DNA of 61,912 nucleotides, counting the filler, from Globobulimina sp. (taxonomy: Eukaryota), in assembly GCA_003354225.1 (NCBI GenBank). It is 17 parts of 17 records of this genome, joined end to end, with 100 filler letters (N's around TTAATTAATTAA, not from the genome) between each part and the next. Parts side by side here need not be neighbours in the genome. Positions count along the whole stretch, not along the records: positions 58,369 to 61,912 come from PIVH01002542.1; 16 more parts are not named here. One strand, given 5' to 3'. This document shows, piece after piece, positions 61,034 through 61,912 of the stretch. The notes beneath the pieces were generated by a model. That model did no database searches, was not told the origin of the DNA, and saw only the letters and a list, made by a program, of their open reading frames with translations. The first letter of the stretch is position 1. Each line of letters opens with the position of its first letter. The translations under genes were made by a program, and so were the position numbers.

Positions 61034-61912
61034 CTATTGCTGAGAGTCCGTATCTTGGCTGTTATCATCATAAGGACTGATACATTCATATTTTTTGCCT
61101 CTATCAATTTCTTCATTTTCATTCTCATTCTCATTCTCAGCAATTCCCGTCATTTGATAGAAGAAATTGCTATGGATAGAATTTCTGAGTATGGATTGTT
61201 TCGAATTCATTGATGTGGATTGCTCGATGTGTTTTATTCGCGTTTCCCTCGATATTATATTCATTATTGCATTGTATGAGTGTTGGTCATATTGCTTATC
61301 ATGCATCACACAACAAAATGATATCAAAATATCCGCAAACCACTCGCGATCAGCACATAACTCTCTATTTATCACCGACGATGAAAGATATTCGGTGGAA
61401 AATAAATTAATGTACGATTTAAATTTGGTTTTAAATGATTGCTTTTCATCGTCGTCATGGAACGAACAATAAAAATCCATCAAATTATAATTGCTCCAAA
61501 TGTATAATAATTTTACTTTTTTTTGTACTGTAAACATAAAATGAATGTATAACAGTGCCATGGACAAAATATAAAATATAAATTGCATGATCGCCGCAGT
61601 TATAATAACCTCCACCGACGGCTGTATGCATGCAATCATATAAAACCAAAACAAAACAGAATGGAATGGATATAATACGCATAATATCCATTTCAAATTA
61701 TACCGTATTTGCTTGTGATCGTTGCATTGAATTGAATTATTCCATGACGATATATTCAAATCTAACATGTTTTTATTCAAATTATTGCCATATTTGTCGT
61801 ATAATCGCATCATATCTTCCAATTCGTTTCCAACTCTCTTTAAAACAATACCGACATCATTGCCTACCAATAAATTAACGAAACTCACTCTGTGTCGATG
61901 CGACCGCGGTGT
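61034..61912 (-). CDS. Hypothetical membrane protein (5' truncated)
   Basis: The frame is open from the window end and has two hydrophobic segments. No recognised domain. Confidence 0.5.
   Translation of the reverse strand, partial: TPRSHRHRVSFVNLLVGNDVGIVLKRVGNELEDMMRLYDKYGNNLNKNMLDLNISSWNNSIQCNDHKQIRYNLKWILCVLYPFHSVLFWFYMIACIQPSVEVIITAAIMQFIFYILSMALLYIHFMFTVQKKVKLLYIWSNYNLMDFYCSFHDDDEKQSFKTKFKSYINLFSTEYLSSSVINRELCADREWFADILISFCCVMHDKQYDQHSYNAIMNIISRETRIKHIEQSTSMNSKQSILRNSIHSNFFYQMTGIAENENENENEEIDRGKKYECISPYDDNSQDTDSQQ

Overview
This window is not one locus. It is 17 unrelated contigs of about 3.55 kb, sorted by decreasing length (3552 down to 3544 bp). They are joined by identical 100-bp artificial spacers (N44-TTAATTAATTAA-N44), so gene order is only meaningful within a contig. 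The DNA is AT-rich, gene-dense and eukaryotic: standard genetic code, many short (about 36-80 nt) GT-AG introns and tiny intergenic gaps. Gene families and intron style suggest a protist, most plausibly a foraminiferan (Rhizaria); that assignment is inference. Recognisable genes: a nucleotide-sugar/TPT-family transporter, FN3-SPRY protein, PH-UBA protein, Golgi-type sulfotransferase, TPR and RING-H2 proteins, a degenerate HAD hydrolase, an SGNH-like secreted protein, Rab3GAP2-like/SPRY protein, SAM protein, an M4 (LasB/vibriolysin-like) metalloprotease, two XK-family proteins, CAP-Gly protein, P4-ATPase, NAK-like pseudokinase-ANTH fusion, INCENP-like protein, GBF1-type ArfGEF, tRNA-Ala(CGC), TPR-WWE-PARP, class IV sirtuin, an RNase H-bearing LINE ORF2, POT1 and a C2H2 zinc-finger protein. 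The most notable observations are: (1) a gammaproteobacterial-type M4 protease carrying six spliceosomal introns, one splitting the HExxH motif; (2) a contig with a 119-bp exact terminal repeat (circle or tandem unit) joining a LINE remnant and a host gene; (3) an intact LINE RT with large insertions and an LMDD motif; (4) several unusual domain fusions; and (5) a 151-bp near-perfect inverted repeat. I found no CRISPR array, no rRNA and no prokaryotic operon.
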